IMG/VR virus record: IMGVR_UViG_3300045256_000567
Source: a virus
DNA: 64,000 bases
Strand: one strand, 5' to 3'
Positions 20,350 through 30,240 of this stretch are shown piece by piece; the first letter of the stretch is position 1, and every line of letters begins with the position of its first letter. A program made the position numbers and the translations under genes. The notes below the pieces were generated by a model that saw only the letters and a list, made by a program, of their open reading frames with translations, searched no databases and was not told where the DNA came from.

Positions 20350-23300
20350 CTATTCTACTACAAATTTCGCGGGGATGAAAATTAAATTTTCTAGGGAATT
20401 TAATTCTTTATTCTCAAACGACTTTTTCGTTAATGACAAAATTGATTTAGTCTTTTGGGGATCTGCACCGAAGGTGAGTGATAGTTCTGGTATAGGTAAG
20501 TTATATAATTGATGAAGTCTTTGTATTGCATACATTAATGCTACTCTATTAGCCATTGCTTCTTCTCTTACTTCAGTCTTTTTTTCTAGCTTAGGTTTTG
20601 TTTCTTTATTTAACACGTCCATCACGTCTGTGAACTCTTTCGGTTGTGCACTTGGATCAACAGAAAGAATTTTAGGATCTAATACTTCTGTTACTACTGT
20701 ATCTTTCAAATCAAGTACAGGCAATGATATTGGTGGAACAAGAATATTTAAAGAAACATTTTTTTGTTTTTCAGATCCTGGTCTAAAAAATCTACCGCTC
20801 ATTTGAGAAATTTGTTCTCTGGAGAATGTAGATGCGATTACGTATCCAAGATCTGAAGGCAAATCAAGCCCCCTGGATCCAGCAGTAGTAATTACAGAAA
20901 TAGATGATTTAGGGGTGTCTCTATGTGATGACACAATTCTTTGTCTATCAGGTAATTTTGTGTCTTTATTTATATACTTAGGAGTATTTCCAACCATGTA
21001 AGCCTCGTATAATTGGGGCATAGTTTTTCGTACATGTCCATCTACTTGTTTTAAAGTGTAGTTAACTCCATACTCATCTCTTAAAGTATCTCTTATTTTT
21101 GTCACCAAAGCTTTGTATAACTTTGGATATTTGGACTTTACTGGATTTCCTGTTTTTGATGCAGATTTTGTAGACTCATAAAAAACTTCTTTTAATAAAT
21201 AATCCATCGAATCAGCAATCAATCTTGATGCAACTGTTACACCCATTTTATTTTCTTTACCAGGGTTTGTTATCATTTTTGCAAACATACCTGCAATAGG
21301 GGTCAAAACTGCTGGTGAATACATAGATGCTCTTTTTCCATAATTATCAACAGTTTGTCCTATATCAGATCCTATAGAATATAAAGTTATATCTTTTCCT
21401 GCTCTGAGAACTTTAGTGTCTTTTTCAATAAATTTACCAAAGTCATCGCCGTTTGTTACTAAAAATCCATTTGAAACAAGTTGTCTTACAATTGGATTTC
21501 TAGATTTACCTAATCTAGAAGGTACAGCTATAGGATTTGGTAAACCACCAGTTTTTTGTAATCTTTTATTTCCTGCTGAATATTTTCCCTCATATAATTT
21601 CATAACAAAACCTTTTTCACCTTCATAAGTTAAAACAGGAAAAGCAACTTCTTCAGTACTAGGGTCAATATTACCTAAATATTGAGCTAAAGCTAAGGTT
21701 AATGATAAATTCTTAAGTTTGTTTCTATGTTCAATCGTAACTTTTCTTTCTGAACCAGTATGTCCAGGAGTTCCAGTACCTTCTGCTAATCCAGTAGTTT
21801 GTGGTGCACCTGTTCCAGATTCCTCCTCATCTATATCTATTTTATTACCTTCCCAATTTTTTCCAAAACCAGGTAAGTATAGTTTTCTAGGTGGTACTGG
21901 TAAATTGGTAGTTGAAGATTTTCCAGAAGAAGATAGTTGTCCAGAAGAAGACGTTAGTTGTTCTTGTTCTTCTTCATAATCAGAGTTTTCTTCTGTGTCT
22001 TCTGAATTTATTGCATTTTCTGTATAACTATCAGTTGATTCATTAAATGTATTCTCTATATTGGAAAGCTCTTCTCTAACTTGTTCTACTAATTTTTTCT
22101 TTTCCTCATCAGTTTGCGCAAAAGAGTCTAAACCCTGTTCTGATAATATGCTTGTGTCTACTGTTAAATCTAGTAATCCAGCTTGTACATATCCTTCATT
22201 TTCTCTTATATTATCTAATAAATCTATTTCAAGTGATCCTAATCCATATGTTCTTGTAAGCTGCTGCACTTCATCATATATTGACAAAAATCTTTCTACT
22301 TCTTTTTTGTATTCACTTTCTATTTTTTTTCTTTCTTCAGGTGAAATATTTTCTTCTTTAAGTTTCTTAACTAATTCTATAAAGTTTCCTTGCCTAACTA
22401 CAGGTCCATTATCTCCCGATTTTCTTGGAAGAACAAATAATTCCAAGAATTCTGTAAGTTTTGGGTTTGAAGTTACTTCCTCTATTGTAGCTGAAACTAC
22501 CGCAGTTTCTAAATTTGCCGCCTGTTCTTTATTATTGGGTTCCAAAGGATCATTTTTAATAATGAATGGTTTATATTCATTAGGCCCAGTATCTAGAAAT
22601 CCATACTCCCAAAGTCTTCTCCAAGATACAGCGCCAATATTCATGTCTTTTAACATAGAAATAAAACCTGGTAAGTAATCTGAAAAAACTTCTTTAGGAA
22701 CTAACTTTCCGCTATCTTCTGGAGTAGAAGATTTTGGAGAATATACAGAACCAGTTATAACAGCGCCTTTTTTACCAGAAAGAGCGGCAAAACTTAAAAA
22801 AGTTTTTGTTAGTCTATCTTCTAGTAAAATCATTCCAACCTTATTTGGAGCTTGATTTGTAACATTACCGAATACGGGTTTAACTTTTGTGTTTATTTGA
22901 ACTTTTTCAAGTCTAAGATTTTGTAATCCTACAATATCTACAGATTGCTCCATGGCACGAAGTGCATCTATATTGAGAGATATATTACTTCGTGTAGGTT
23001 TTGCACCACCTTTACCACCATCATCTAATATTTTTAAATATCTACCTACTCTTGAATCATATTGAACTAAAGAATACATAGATAATAAATCATCAGTAGA
23101 GTTTGCAGCAGCATTTGCATTGAACACATATACAGATCCTTGTCCTCTATCAGATTTTATTCCTTGTATTATACTATCAACTGCAAGCCTTCTTTGAGAA
23201 GATGGATCAAACACCATAGATGCTTCGTCAATAATTACGTTTCCAAACATACCCCTTTCTATATCAGCAGTATTTTGTTTTCCAGTTTTTTCATCAGTAT

Positions 23301-25773
23301 AGTTGTATCTGCCACCCGTCCCCAAAAGACTCAAATAAAACCTATCTAAAGATTGAGATGCAAAAGTATCTCCTTCTCTAAAAAGACTTCCCATGTTTGA
23401 AGTTTTTCTTGCTTTTTGTAATGTACTTGTTTTTAGTATAACAAATTTGGGAAGACTTACAGTTTCTTTAGGATTTTGTTTTTTTGCCCAAACTTCTTTT
23501 AACTTTTCATATACACTATATCTTTCAGATGGGTTCCCACTAATTTTTATTACATCTGATTGTGTAAGATCTTTAGTTTCGCCACCAAACCCTTTTAATA
23601 TTAGCGAAGCGTCTTGAATCCATCTATCTGCTATTTGTTCTGGAGCTATAATTAAAGTAGGTCTATCTTCTAATCCTAAATCTCTTCTAAGTGCTGTTGT
23701 AGCTAAGCCAGTAATTGTTTTTCCTGTGCCAGTAGAGTGCGCAAAAAACATTCCTACTCTACCTGCGCTTATATTGTCTTCTTCAGATATTAATTTTCTG
23801 TCACCAACTATAGCTTTTACCATTGCTTTTACTTGGTGAGGGTGAAAAGTTGCGTCTTCTTTAAATGAAGGTAAGTTATTAGGAGTTTTTATTCCAAAAT
23901 GTTCTAAAAATTTAGGGATTACCTGTACTGGTATTACAAACCCAAAAGATTTACTCTTATATTTTTTTCCAGTATATTTTTCTATTTCTTTATCACTCAG
24001 TCCAATTTCTTTGTAAATACGTTTCATGTCATCTTCGCTCCAGGAAATTTTATATATAGGACCTATGTTACCTAATTGTGACATGTTTGGATCTGAAGTT
24101 TGAGATTCAAACAGCAAATCAACTTCACGCATTTTTTGCTCTAAGTTTCTGTCAATAAGGTTTCCTGTATTTGGAGAAGGAGTAGATAATCCAGGATGCA
24201 AATTCCTTTGTGTTCCAAAAGAATATATTGTATCTAAACCACTTATATTAGAGTATTGACTAATCACTTCCTTTGCTTGGGAAGCATCAAGAACTGAATA
24301 CTCTTCAATTCCTTCAGGAGTATCGGGGGTATAAAAGAATTTTCTTAAATCTTCAGGTATTTCTGTAATAAAACCAGTAGTAGCATTTATCATAGAAAGT
24401 TTTAGTTTTGAATTTTCATGTGCATCAATAAATTTTTCGGCATTATCTATTATTGTTTGAGGGATTCCTAAACCAAATCTATAATAATCTGAATTTAGCT
24501 CATTCAAAAGCGGCATTATTAAAGATAACTCGTTATTCAAATCTATACTGTCATAGTCCTCATCCTGAATTTTTTTCATTAAATATAGTTGTATGTTTTC
24601 TGAAAGTAATTTTTCAGCCTGTTTAGCTGCTCTAGAATCTCTTTTTGTCCCACTCTTTGTAAGACCAGATTGAGCTTTAGCAGCATATTCAGTAAGATCA
24701 TCGTGTATCACATATATTTGACTAGAAAATTTATCTTTATTTGCTACATATGTTGGAAGATCTGCTAAAAGACCTTTTTCGGCATCATATACGTAGTACT
24801 TCCTACCTTCGTCTAAGTTGGTATTTGGTTGTGCTATTTTTTGTGTAGCTTCTTGTTCTTTTTCTACGGAAAAAAGCTCTTTTCTTAAAATATCTAGAAG
24901 CGGCTTTTTTCTGTCATCTGGTAAAGCTTGCTCAATTATCTCAGCTATTTTTTCTAAAGTTATACCTTCTTCAGGAATCTGTATATTACGGGAATTAAGT
25001 ATTTTAGGAAGAACATATAAAACGTCTTCTATATTTTGTGGATTTTTAAGTTTTTCTAGAAGAAGTTTATTTTCTTCTGTAGTAGGATTTCTAGAAGTGT
25101 TATATGCAGGAATGAATTCCCAAGGATCCCCTCGTTCTACTTGATCCTTAGTTAGCTTTCCTACAAATTGCCCACCTAAAAGTATCTTACCATCTTTGTT
25201 TTTGGCTATATATCCGCCAGGAACTTTACCATTCTTTAGTACTTCTTCACCACGTTCATTGGTTTCCCATTCAAAGTTTTTTAGAAACTTTTCGTCCAAA
25301 CCAGCTTTTAGAATTATTCTAGAAAAATTCGCTGTAGACTTATTATATAAGTTTTCTTCTATATCAAGTTTACTTTCTATTAAAAGAACATCATCATTAG
25401 ATGAATGATTAGTATCTTCGATTACTAGTTCGTTTATATCTATTAAGCTTAGAGTTTTTAATGTTTCTTTATTACTCATGCTTAACACTCCTTCTACTTT
25501 GTATCCATGCCATGCCAACAAAGAAGGTAATATATATAGATACTCTTCAATGCTAGGCGGAATCTCTATGTACAATTTTACTTTACCGAAAAAATTATTT
25601 TTCTTTATAGTAGCAATATAATTTGCGTATCTTTCGAGAAGAATTTCCAAAGAAAACTTTAAATCTTCGTATTCCGTAACTACTTTAGTTTCTTCTATTT
25701 TTCCCTTAGAAACAATAAAGTGTATTTCCCCGGTTTTTTCTTTTTGTGATAGTTTGTATACTAACTTTTTCAT
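20350..25773 (-). CDS. Large SF2/SNF2-type helicase-domain protein (DarB-like size and architecture)
   Basis: Q motif FHPHQ, motif I HSTGTGKT, Ia LIIAP..W, II IIDEAS, V TTAGSRGLDL, VI QMSGRFFRPG. Confidence 0.8.
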   Translation of the reverse strand: MKKLVYKLSQKEKTGEIHFIVSKGKIEETKVVTEYEDLKFSLEILLERYANYIATIKKNNFFGKVKLYIEIPPSIEEYLYILPSLLAWHGYKVEGVLSMSNKETLKTLSLIDINELVIEDTNHSSNDDVLLIESKLDIEENLYNKSTANFSRIILKAGLDEKFLKNFEWETNERGEEVLKNGKVPGGYIAKNKDGKILLGGQFVGKLTKDQVERGDPWEFIPAYNTSRNPTTEENKLLLEKLKNPQNIEDVLYVLPKILNSRNIQIPEEGITLEKIAEIIEQALPDDRKKPLLDILRKELFSVEKEQEATQKIAQPNTNLDEGRKYYVYDAEKGLLADLPTYVANKDKFSSQIYVIHDDLTEYAAKAQSGLTKSGTKRDSRAAKQAEKLLSENIQLYLMKKIQDEDYDSIDLNNELSLIMPLLNELNSDYYRFGLGIPQTIIDNAEKFIDAHENSKLKLSMINATTGFITEIPEDLRKFFYTPDTPEGIEEYSVLDASQAKEVISQYSNISGLDTIYSFGTQRNLHPGLSTPSPNTGNLIDRNLEQKMREVDLLFESQTSDPNMSQLGNIGPIYKISWSEDDMKRIYKEIGLSDKEIEKYTGKKYKSKSFGFVIPVQVIPKFLEHFGIKTPNNLPSFKEDATFHPHQVKAMVKAIVGDRKLISEEDNISAGRVGMFFAHSTGTGKTITGLATTALRRDLGLEDRPTLIIAPEQIADRWIQDASLILKGFGGETKDLTQSDVIKISGNPSERYSVYEKLKEVWAKKQNPKETVSLPKFVILKTSTLQKARKTSNMGSLFREGDTFASQSLDRFYLSLLGTGGRYNYTDEKTGKQNTADIERGMFGNVIIDEASMVFDPSSQRRLAVDSIIQGIKSDRGQGSVYVFNANAAANSTDDLLSMYSLVQYDSRVGRYLKILDDGGKGGAKPTRSNISLNIDALRAMEQSVDIVGLQNLRLEKVQINTKVKPVFGNVTNQAPNKVGMILLEDRLTKTFLSFAALSGKKGAVITGSVYSPKSSTPEDSGKLVPKEVFSDYLPGFISMLKDMNIGAVSWRRLWEYGFLDTGPNEYKPFIIKNDPLEPNNKEQAANLETAVVSATIEEVTSNPKLTEFLELFVLPRKSGDNGPVVRQGNFIELVKKLKEENISPEERKKIESEYKKEVERFLSIYDEVQQLTRTYGLGSLEIDLLDNIRENEGYVQAGLLDLTVDTSILSEQGLDSFAQTDEEKKKLVEQVREELSNIENTFNESTDSYTENAINSEDTEENSDYEEEQEQLTSSSGQLSSSGKSSTTNLPVPPRKLYLPGFGKNWEGNKIDIDEEESGTGAPQTTGLAEGTGTPGHTGSERKVTIEHRNKLKNLSLTLALAQYLGNIDPSTEEVAFPVLTYEGEKGFVMKLYEGKYSAGNKRLQKTGGLPNPIAVPSRLGKSRNPIVRQLVSNGFLVTNGDDFGKFIEKDTKVLRAGKDITLYSIGSDIGQTVDNYGKRASMYSPAVLTPIAGMFAKMITNPGKENKMGVTVASRLIADSMDYLLKEVFYESTKSASKTGNPVKSKYPKLYKALVTKIRDTLRDEYGVNYTLKQVDGHVRKTMPQLYEAYMVGNTPKYINKDTKLPDRQRIVSSHRDTPKSSISVITTAGSRGLDLPSDLGYVIASTFSREQISQMSGRFFRPGSEKQKNVSLNILVPPISLPVLDLKDTVVTEVLDPKILSVDPSAQPKEFTDVMDVLNKETKPKLEKKTEVREEAMANRVALMYAIQRLHQLYNLPIPELSLTFGADPQKTKSILSLTKKSFENKELNSLENLIFIPAKFVVE

Positions 25774-25795
25774 TTTTCGCCCGAAAAAATATTAA

Positions 25796-26680
25796 TTATA
25801 TCTTTTTAATGAATTTATCCAGTTTGTCAAAAAATGAATATAGTTTTGGATATTGTTCTAAAAATTCGCGGTGAAAGTAAAAAAATACAAAAGACTCTAC
25901 AAAATCATCTTTAGGAGAAAGGACAGTATTGATAGAAAATCTTTCATTATCATCATAATGATACCATGCGTTTGAAGTTTTTATATTATACAATTCTCCA
26001 GATTTTATATATCTATATGTGCTTTGATTTTCAGGGATTTCTTTTGTCCACCCTCTGACTTTTAAAAATTCAGAAATATATTCAGGAAAAACCTTTAAGA
26101 TTCTACTAAAGGAGATTTCAGCTATTGTTTCTGCTGTAGCTACCGATGCTACTGAAATTCCTGGAGTTACATTTGGAACCATTCTAACTACAGGAACAGT
26201 AATGTATATATAGTAAGGTTGAAAAATATTTATTTCAAAAAACGTTCCTTCCATTTTGTGAGAAATCACATACAAATCGTAGTTCTGTTGATCTATTTTG
26301 GCGGTTTGGTACCTTAGTATCCAATTAAGAGATTTTATTTTTAGTATTTTATACAAATTTTCAGGAAACTGTTTCATCACGGCCCTTATGTTGAAAAGGG
26401 CATAATAAGGTGCGTTTTCATCTACTACAGGAATTGCGAAATCTAACAAAGTACTTTTGTTGTATCTTTTTACTTTTTTTTCTGAAACATTTCCTTCTTC
26501 ATCATATATGTCAACAGTAGGATCTAAAAAGAGTCCTAAAGAGTGCGCTTCTGCTAATCGAAGTGCAGAAATGGAAGAATCTGAGGGAGCATATTGACCA
26601 ACTTCATAACGTGAAGTGGAAAAAGGAATGGGGTAGTTTGGGGGTATTACATAGTAGTCTGGATCACCAATTCGCGCCAT
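25796..26680 (-). CDS. Hypothetical protein
   Basis: 294-aa ORF; TGcTATAAT extended -10 at ~26721-26729 on the minus strand. Confidence 0.8.
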   Translation of the reverse strand: MARIGDPDYYVIPPNYPIPFSTSRYEVGQYAPSDSSISALRLAEAHSLGLFLDPTVDIYDEEGNVSEKKVKRYNKSTLLDFAIPVVDENAPYYALFNIRAVMKQFPENLYKILKIKSLNWILRYQTAKIDQQNYDLYVISHKMEGTFFEINIFQPYYIYITVPVVRMVPNVTPGISVASVATAETIAEISFSRILKVFPEYISEFLKVRGWTKEIPENQSTYRYIKSGELYNIKTSNAWYHYDDNERFSINTVLSPKDDFVESFVFFYFHREFLEQYPKLYSFFDKLDKFIKKI

Positions 26681-26738
26681 AAAAGTTTCTATAAAAAGAG
26701 AAAATAATTATTCTTAGAATATTATAGCATATTTCGCT

Positions 26739-26764
26739 GTGACGACTCCCAATTCTAAAGAATT
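26739..26764 (-). mobile_element. Isolated IS200/IS605 right-end fragment
   Basis: AATTCTTTAGAATTGGGAGTCGTCAC, identical to the 3' end of the tnpB elements. Confidence 0.8.
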
Positions 26765-26790
26765 TCAAGAAATACTATTTATTTTTTGCA

Positions 26791-27312
26791 TCACGAAACT
26801 TTTTCAAAAATTAGCTGCTTTGTAAGTATTTGGTATGTGAACCAGCTTGTGTTAAACCAAACATTTTTCTCGGTTTTAGAAAAGTTAACTCTTCTATCGA
26901 GAATCAATACTTCAATTCCAAACTTTCTAAAAAGTTCTCCTCTCTCGATTCCCTCCAAAGCAGTGATTGGAAGCAAGAGCGCGAAAGGTTTTTGGTATTC
27001 ATAGCATTTTTTTAAAAATTCAGTTTTCAGAGAGTAGGGCGGATTTGTTATTATTACGTCAAACTCAAAATTCGGCGAATCGTTAAAAAAATCAAATCCA
27101 TCTTTGATATGTGTAGAAATCACTTTAAAATCAAACTCTTTAAGAACTTTCACAATTTCACTTTTGCCGAAATCAGTCGGTTCCCAATAGATTTTTTCTT
27201 TGGGCAGATATTGGAGAATCGGTAATATAGCTTCCCTTGGCGTGTAGTATTCATCGTTTTTTTCGTTTTTAACGTAACTTATAAGAGAATTTTTCAAAAA
27301 GACCACCCCCAA
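26791..27312 (-). CDS. Small phage-type N6-adenine methyltransferase
   Basis: DEYYTP, WEP, DFF and ITNPPYS motifs. Confidence 0.8.
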   Translation of the reverse strand: MGVVFLKNSLISYVKNEKNDEYYTPREAILPILQYLPKEKIYWEPTDFGKSEIVKVLKEFDFKVISTHIKDGFDFFNDSPNFEFDVIITNPPYSLKTEFLKKCYEYQKPFALLLPITALEGIERGELFRKFGIEVLILDRRVNFSKTEKNVWFNTSWFTYQILTKQLIFEKVS

Positions 27313-27318
27313 AAAACA

Positions 27319-28209
27319 TTAATCGGTAGCAGAAAAAAGCGTATGTTCACTTTTAACATTGTAGTTGATCCAAATACTTTCAACTCTTTGTGCAAAAGAA
27401 TGTACAGCCCCCTTTCCTTGTAGTTTACTTGATCTTGTTCTACCTGCTGCATGGCTTACAGTAGTTTTGTCAAACCTTGTCCATCCTTCGTTTTCTAACT
27501 TATCATAAATTTTATTTTTGTATCCTGAAAGCATTACTTTTCCTTTTACGTTTAATAGCAAATCTACTAGTTTTTCGTGATAGTCATCTGATAATTCATA
27601 CTTGTATTCTCCTTGTTTTCTTGTGGAATTTACATAAGGTGGATCAATATAAAAAAATGTTTTTGAAGAGTCCCAATACTCTATTGCTTTTAAAGCGTCT
27701 ACTTTATCAATTTGTACTCTAGATAGGCGTTCATGCCACCAATAAAGCATTTTTAAATGACTGCGCCAATTATTTACATTAGATGCCATCCCTCGGTTTA
27801 TTTCAGATAAAATACGCCCCCAATCACCTTCTGTACTTGCTTTACCTCCAAAACCTTGATTTTGTGTTACGAAAAATGCCCAAGCTTTATCAATATCGTT
27901 ATAATTTTCAGGGCATTCTAGAATTTTTAAAGCGCATACAAATTCCGATCTTGAATATGGTGTCCACAATAGCTTGTGTAGAAGATCGTCAAATGTATCT
28001 TTGTTCTGTAACACACGAAAAATATTTACAATTCTGTCGTCTATGTCGTTCAGCACTTCTACTTTGTAAGGTTTTTCTAAATTCCAGAACAAGTTTGCCG
28101 CTCCTGCAAATGGTTCTACATATATTTCAACATCATCATTAAAGGGTATGTAGTTTAGTATAAATTTCACCAAATTTCCTTTCCCCCCAAACCATCTAAA
28201 AGGCGCCAT
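27319..28209 (-). CDS. Dam/D12-class DNA adenine methyltransferase
   Basis: PFRWFGGK, YVEPFAG, LNDID and YIDPPY motifs; ATG at 28209 is the likely start. Confidence 0.9.
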   Translation of the reverse strand: MAPFRWFGGKGNLVKFILNYIPFNDDVEIYVEPFAGAANLFWNLEKPYKVEVLNDIDDRIVNIFRVLQNKDTFDDLLHKLLWTPYSRSEFVCALKILECPENYNDIDKAWAFFVTQNQGFGGKASTEGDWGRILSEINRGMASNVNNWRSHLKMLYWWHERLSRVQIDKVDALKAIEYWDSSKTFFYIDPPYVNSTRKQGEYKYELSDDYHEKLVDLLLNVKGKVMLSGYKNKIYDKLENEGWTRFDKTTVSHAAGRTRSSKLQGKGAVHSFAQRVESIWINYNVKSEHTLFSATD

Positions 28210-28370
28210 AATTCTGTTGGGTTTTTCTATGCTGTCAAGAATTTCTTTTGCTAATAGAGATTTGAATGCTAAAGTTTTGTCCAATTTTCTAAAGTATATC
28301 ACAAAAATTTTTCTATGGAGTGTTTTTCTCACCAAACCCACCACAGCAAGGGCCACTACTACCAAACCCA

Positions 28371-28492
28371 GTGACGACTCCCAATTCTAAAGAATTGGGC
28401 TTCTCGCAAGAAGCGAAGACTTTGTCAGAGCCTTAGCCAAGATATTTTGTTCTGCTGCGATATTCCGATGAAGGGTTGTATTGCATTTGTCA
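28371..28492 (-). mobile_element. IS200/IS605 right end plus the last ~105 bp of tnpB
   Basis: Aligns to 63003-63123 and to the 53107 mini-element. Confidence 0.85.
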
Positions 28493-28649
28493 TGTGGGAA
28501 ATTACATGTATCCCCGCTTTGAAAAGCGGGGAATTATAGCTCCCCCACACCCCCTCAATTTTTTAACCGTACAACACACCAAGCAATGGCGTTTACTTTT
28601 GAAAGTCAAAAAAATAAAAACCTCCCAATAGGGAGGTTACTTTGGGAGG

Positions 28650-28802
28650 TTACTTTACTCGAAACATCCAAGTATCTTCCTCTAAAGTACCGAAAAAGAA
28701 CCAAGTTTCCTTTCCATCCGTGACATGATGCATGTCGCTGTATCGCCATTTATCAGCTGACTTGATATCCTTCCAACGCTTAGCTTCGATGTACCACTTC
28801 AT
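28650..28802 (-). CDS. 50-aa early cassette protein (MKWYIEAKRWKDIKSADKWRYSDMHHVTDGKETWFFFGTLEEDTWMFRVK)
   Basis: Translated by hand; AAGGAGGT SD, promoter and terminator all present. Confidence 0.8.
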   Translation of the reverse strand: MKWYIEAKRWKDIKSADKWRYSDMHHVTDGKETWFFFGTLEEDTWMFRVK

Positions 28803-28846
28803 TATTACCTCCTTTACACAGAAAGGACATCCCTTCCTGTGACTTC

Positions 28847-28875
28847 ATAATACCACAATACAACAACCTTGTCAA
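28847..28875 (-). promoter_or_regulatory. Consensus sigma70 early promoter
   Basis: TTGACA-17-TATTAT with extended TG. Confidence 0.85.
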
Positions 28876-28956
28876 TACCCTTACGACCAATCGGCGGCTA
28901 GCGGGTATTGCGAGTATTGCTGTAGCGAGTAGGATGTGTTAGCGAGTTCATTATGA

Positions 28957-29028
28957 TTATACCATATACAGGAAGTTTAGTTGCATTCATCCTACACCTA
29001 AAGGTGTAGGTTTTCTGCAAACTGTTCT
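28957..29028 (-). mobile_element. IS200/IS605 left-end fragment
   Basis: TTAT|AGAACAGTTTGCAGAAAA followed by the CCTACACCTTTAGGTGTAGG hairpin and TGGTATAAT. Confidence 0.85.
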
Positions 29029-29116
29029 ATAAGATTACCGATCCTCCCTGTGAATGAGGCGTTTACTTTTGAAAATAGCAAGAAAAAAAAGAAACCCCCT
29101 TATTAGGGGGTAAAAT

Positions 29117-29323
29117 TCACTTTACCTGGAAGACAGCGGTGTTCAGGTATGGCAGGCCGAAACCTCCCCACACTTCTACGTATTCTCCTTCCTTGATCTT
29201 TACGATCAAGAAGGAGTAATCTTCCTGAACACCCTCTGCTTTCAAAATTTCTTGAATGTTTACTGAATCTTTCTCCAGAAAATAGCTATCATCCTGGAAA
29301 TCTTTGACCCTAGGTATTATCAT
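29117..29323 (-). CDS. 68-aa early cassette protein
   Basis: SD, promoter 29365-29393 and terminator ~29090-29113. Confidence 0.8.
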   Translation of the reverse strand: MIIPRVKDFQDDSYFLEKDSVNIQEILKAEGVQEDYSFLIVKIKEGEYVEVWGGFGLPYLNTAVFQVK

Positions 29324-29364
29324 GATTACCTCCTTCCAGGAAGGGTCACCCTTCCTGTGACTTC

Positions 29365-29393
29365 ATAATACCACAATACAACAATCTTGTCAA
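29365..29393 (-). promoter_or_regulatory. Consensus sigma70 early promoter
   Basis: TTGACA-17-TATTAT. Confidence 0.85.
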
Positions 29394-29582
29394 TAACATT
29401 ACAACCAATCAGCAGTTAGCATGTATTGTTGATGCTAATGTAGCGAGTAAAGTTTGCTAGCGAGTGCATTAGAAGAAACGCACCCATAAACGCAAGACCA
29501 AAATACGCAAAATCACTAATACCCCTTCCAAAAAGAGGGGCAAAGCGTTTACTTTTGAAAGGCGGAAAAAATAAAAATCCCC

Positions 29583-29723
29583 CTATTCGGGGGATTTTTC
29601 GGATTCCTCGGATTCTTTGTATTTAGAATCCTTGTATCCTTCTTGCTTCAATTCCTTGATAATTTCCTTAACCTCTGCGATAGAAATTCCGGATTCCATG
29701 ATTTCGTAAAACAGGTCTTTCAT
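29583..29723 (-). CDS. 46-aa acidic early cassette protein (MKDLFYEIMESGISIAEVKEIIKELKQEGY...)
   Basis: Translated by hand; AAGGAGGT SD; stop codon lies inside the terminator hairpin. Confidence 0.8.
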   Translation of the reverse strand: MKDLFYEIMESGISIAEVKEIIKELKQEGYKDSKYKESEESEKSPE

Positions 29724-29764
29724 TTTTACCTCCTTCACAAGAAGACTATTCTTCCTGTAATTTC

Positions 29765-29793
29765 ATATTACCACAATACAGCAATACTGTCAA
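29765..29793 (-). promoter_or_regulatory. sigma70 early promoter
   Basis: TTGACA-17-TAATAT. Confidence 0.8.
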
Positions 29794-29982
29794 TACCCAC
29801 AACACACACACACAATCAACGGCTAGCGTGTATTGCAAGTATTGCTGTAGCGAGTGGAGTGTGTTAGCGAGTGCATTAGGGTAAACTCACTCATAAACGC
29901 AGGACCAAGCAACATAAAATCGCTAATACCCCCCTGAGCGGGAAGCGTTTACTTTTAAAAACAGCAAGAAAAAAATCCCCCC

Positions 29983-30171
29983 CTATTTAGGGGGATCTTG
30001 ATTGAAATAATCGCTATCTAAATACCTAATAACAACGTCAGGGTACTCCTCCGAAACCTTCTTTAGAACATCATCAATCCGTTCAGCAGAAAGGACGCAC
30101 TTATAACGGAACCCCTCAATTCTCTCCAGAATTGACCAGCCATCTGAACAGGGAACTAGATAAAGATTCAT
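29983..30171 (-). CDS. 62-aa early cassette protein (MNLYLVPCSDGW...)
   Basis: AAGGAGG SD before ATG 30171; promoter 30212-30240. Confidence 0.8.
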   Translation of the reverse strand: MNLYLVPCSDGWSILERIEGFRYKCVLSAERIDDVLKKVSEEYPDVVIRYLDSDYFNQDPPK

Positions 30172-30211
30172 TACTTCCTCCTTACAGGAAGGCTGTCCTT
30201 CCTGTGACTTA

Positions 30212-30240
30212 ATAATACAACAATTCAGCAATGTTGTCAA
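30212..30240 (-). promoter_or_regulatory. Consensus sigma70 early promoter
   Basis: TTGACA-17-TATTAT. Confidence 0.85.

Noticed and set aside
3157-25408. Many 60-205-aa ORFs antisense to the giant genes
   Set aside because: They are shadow frames of long AT-rich genes, S/F/I-rich and without SD or promoter support.
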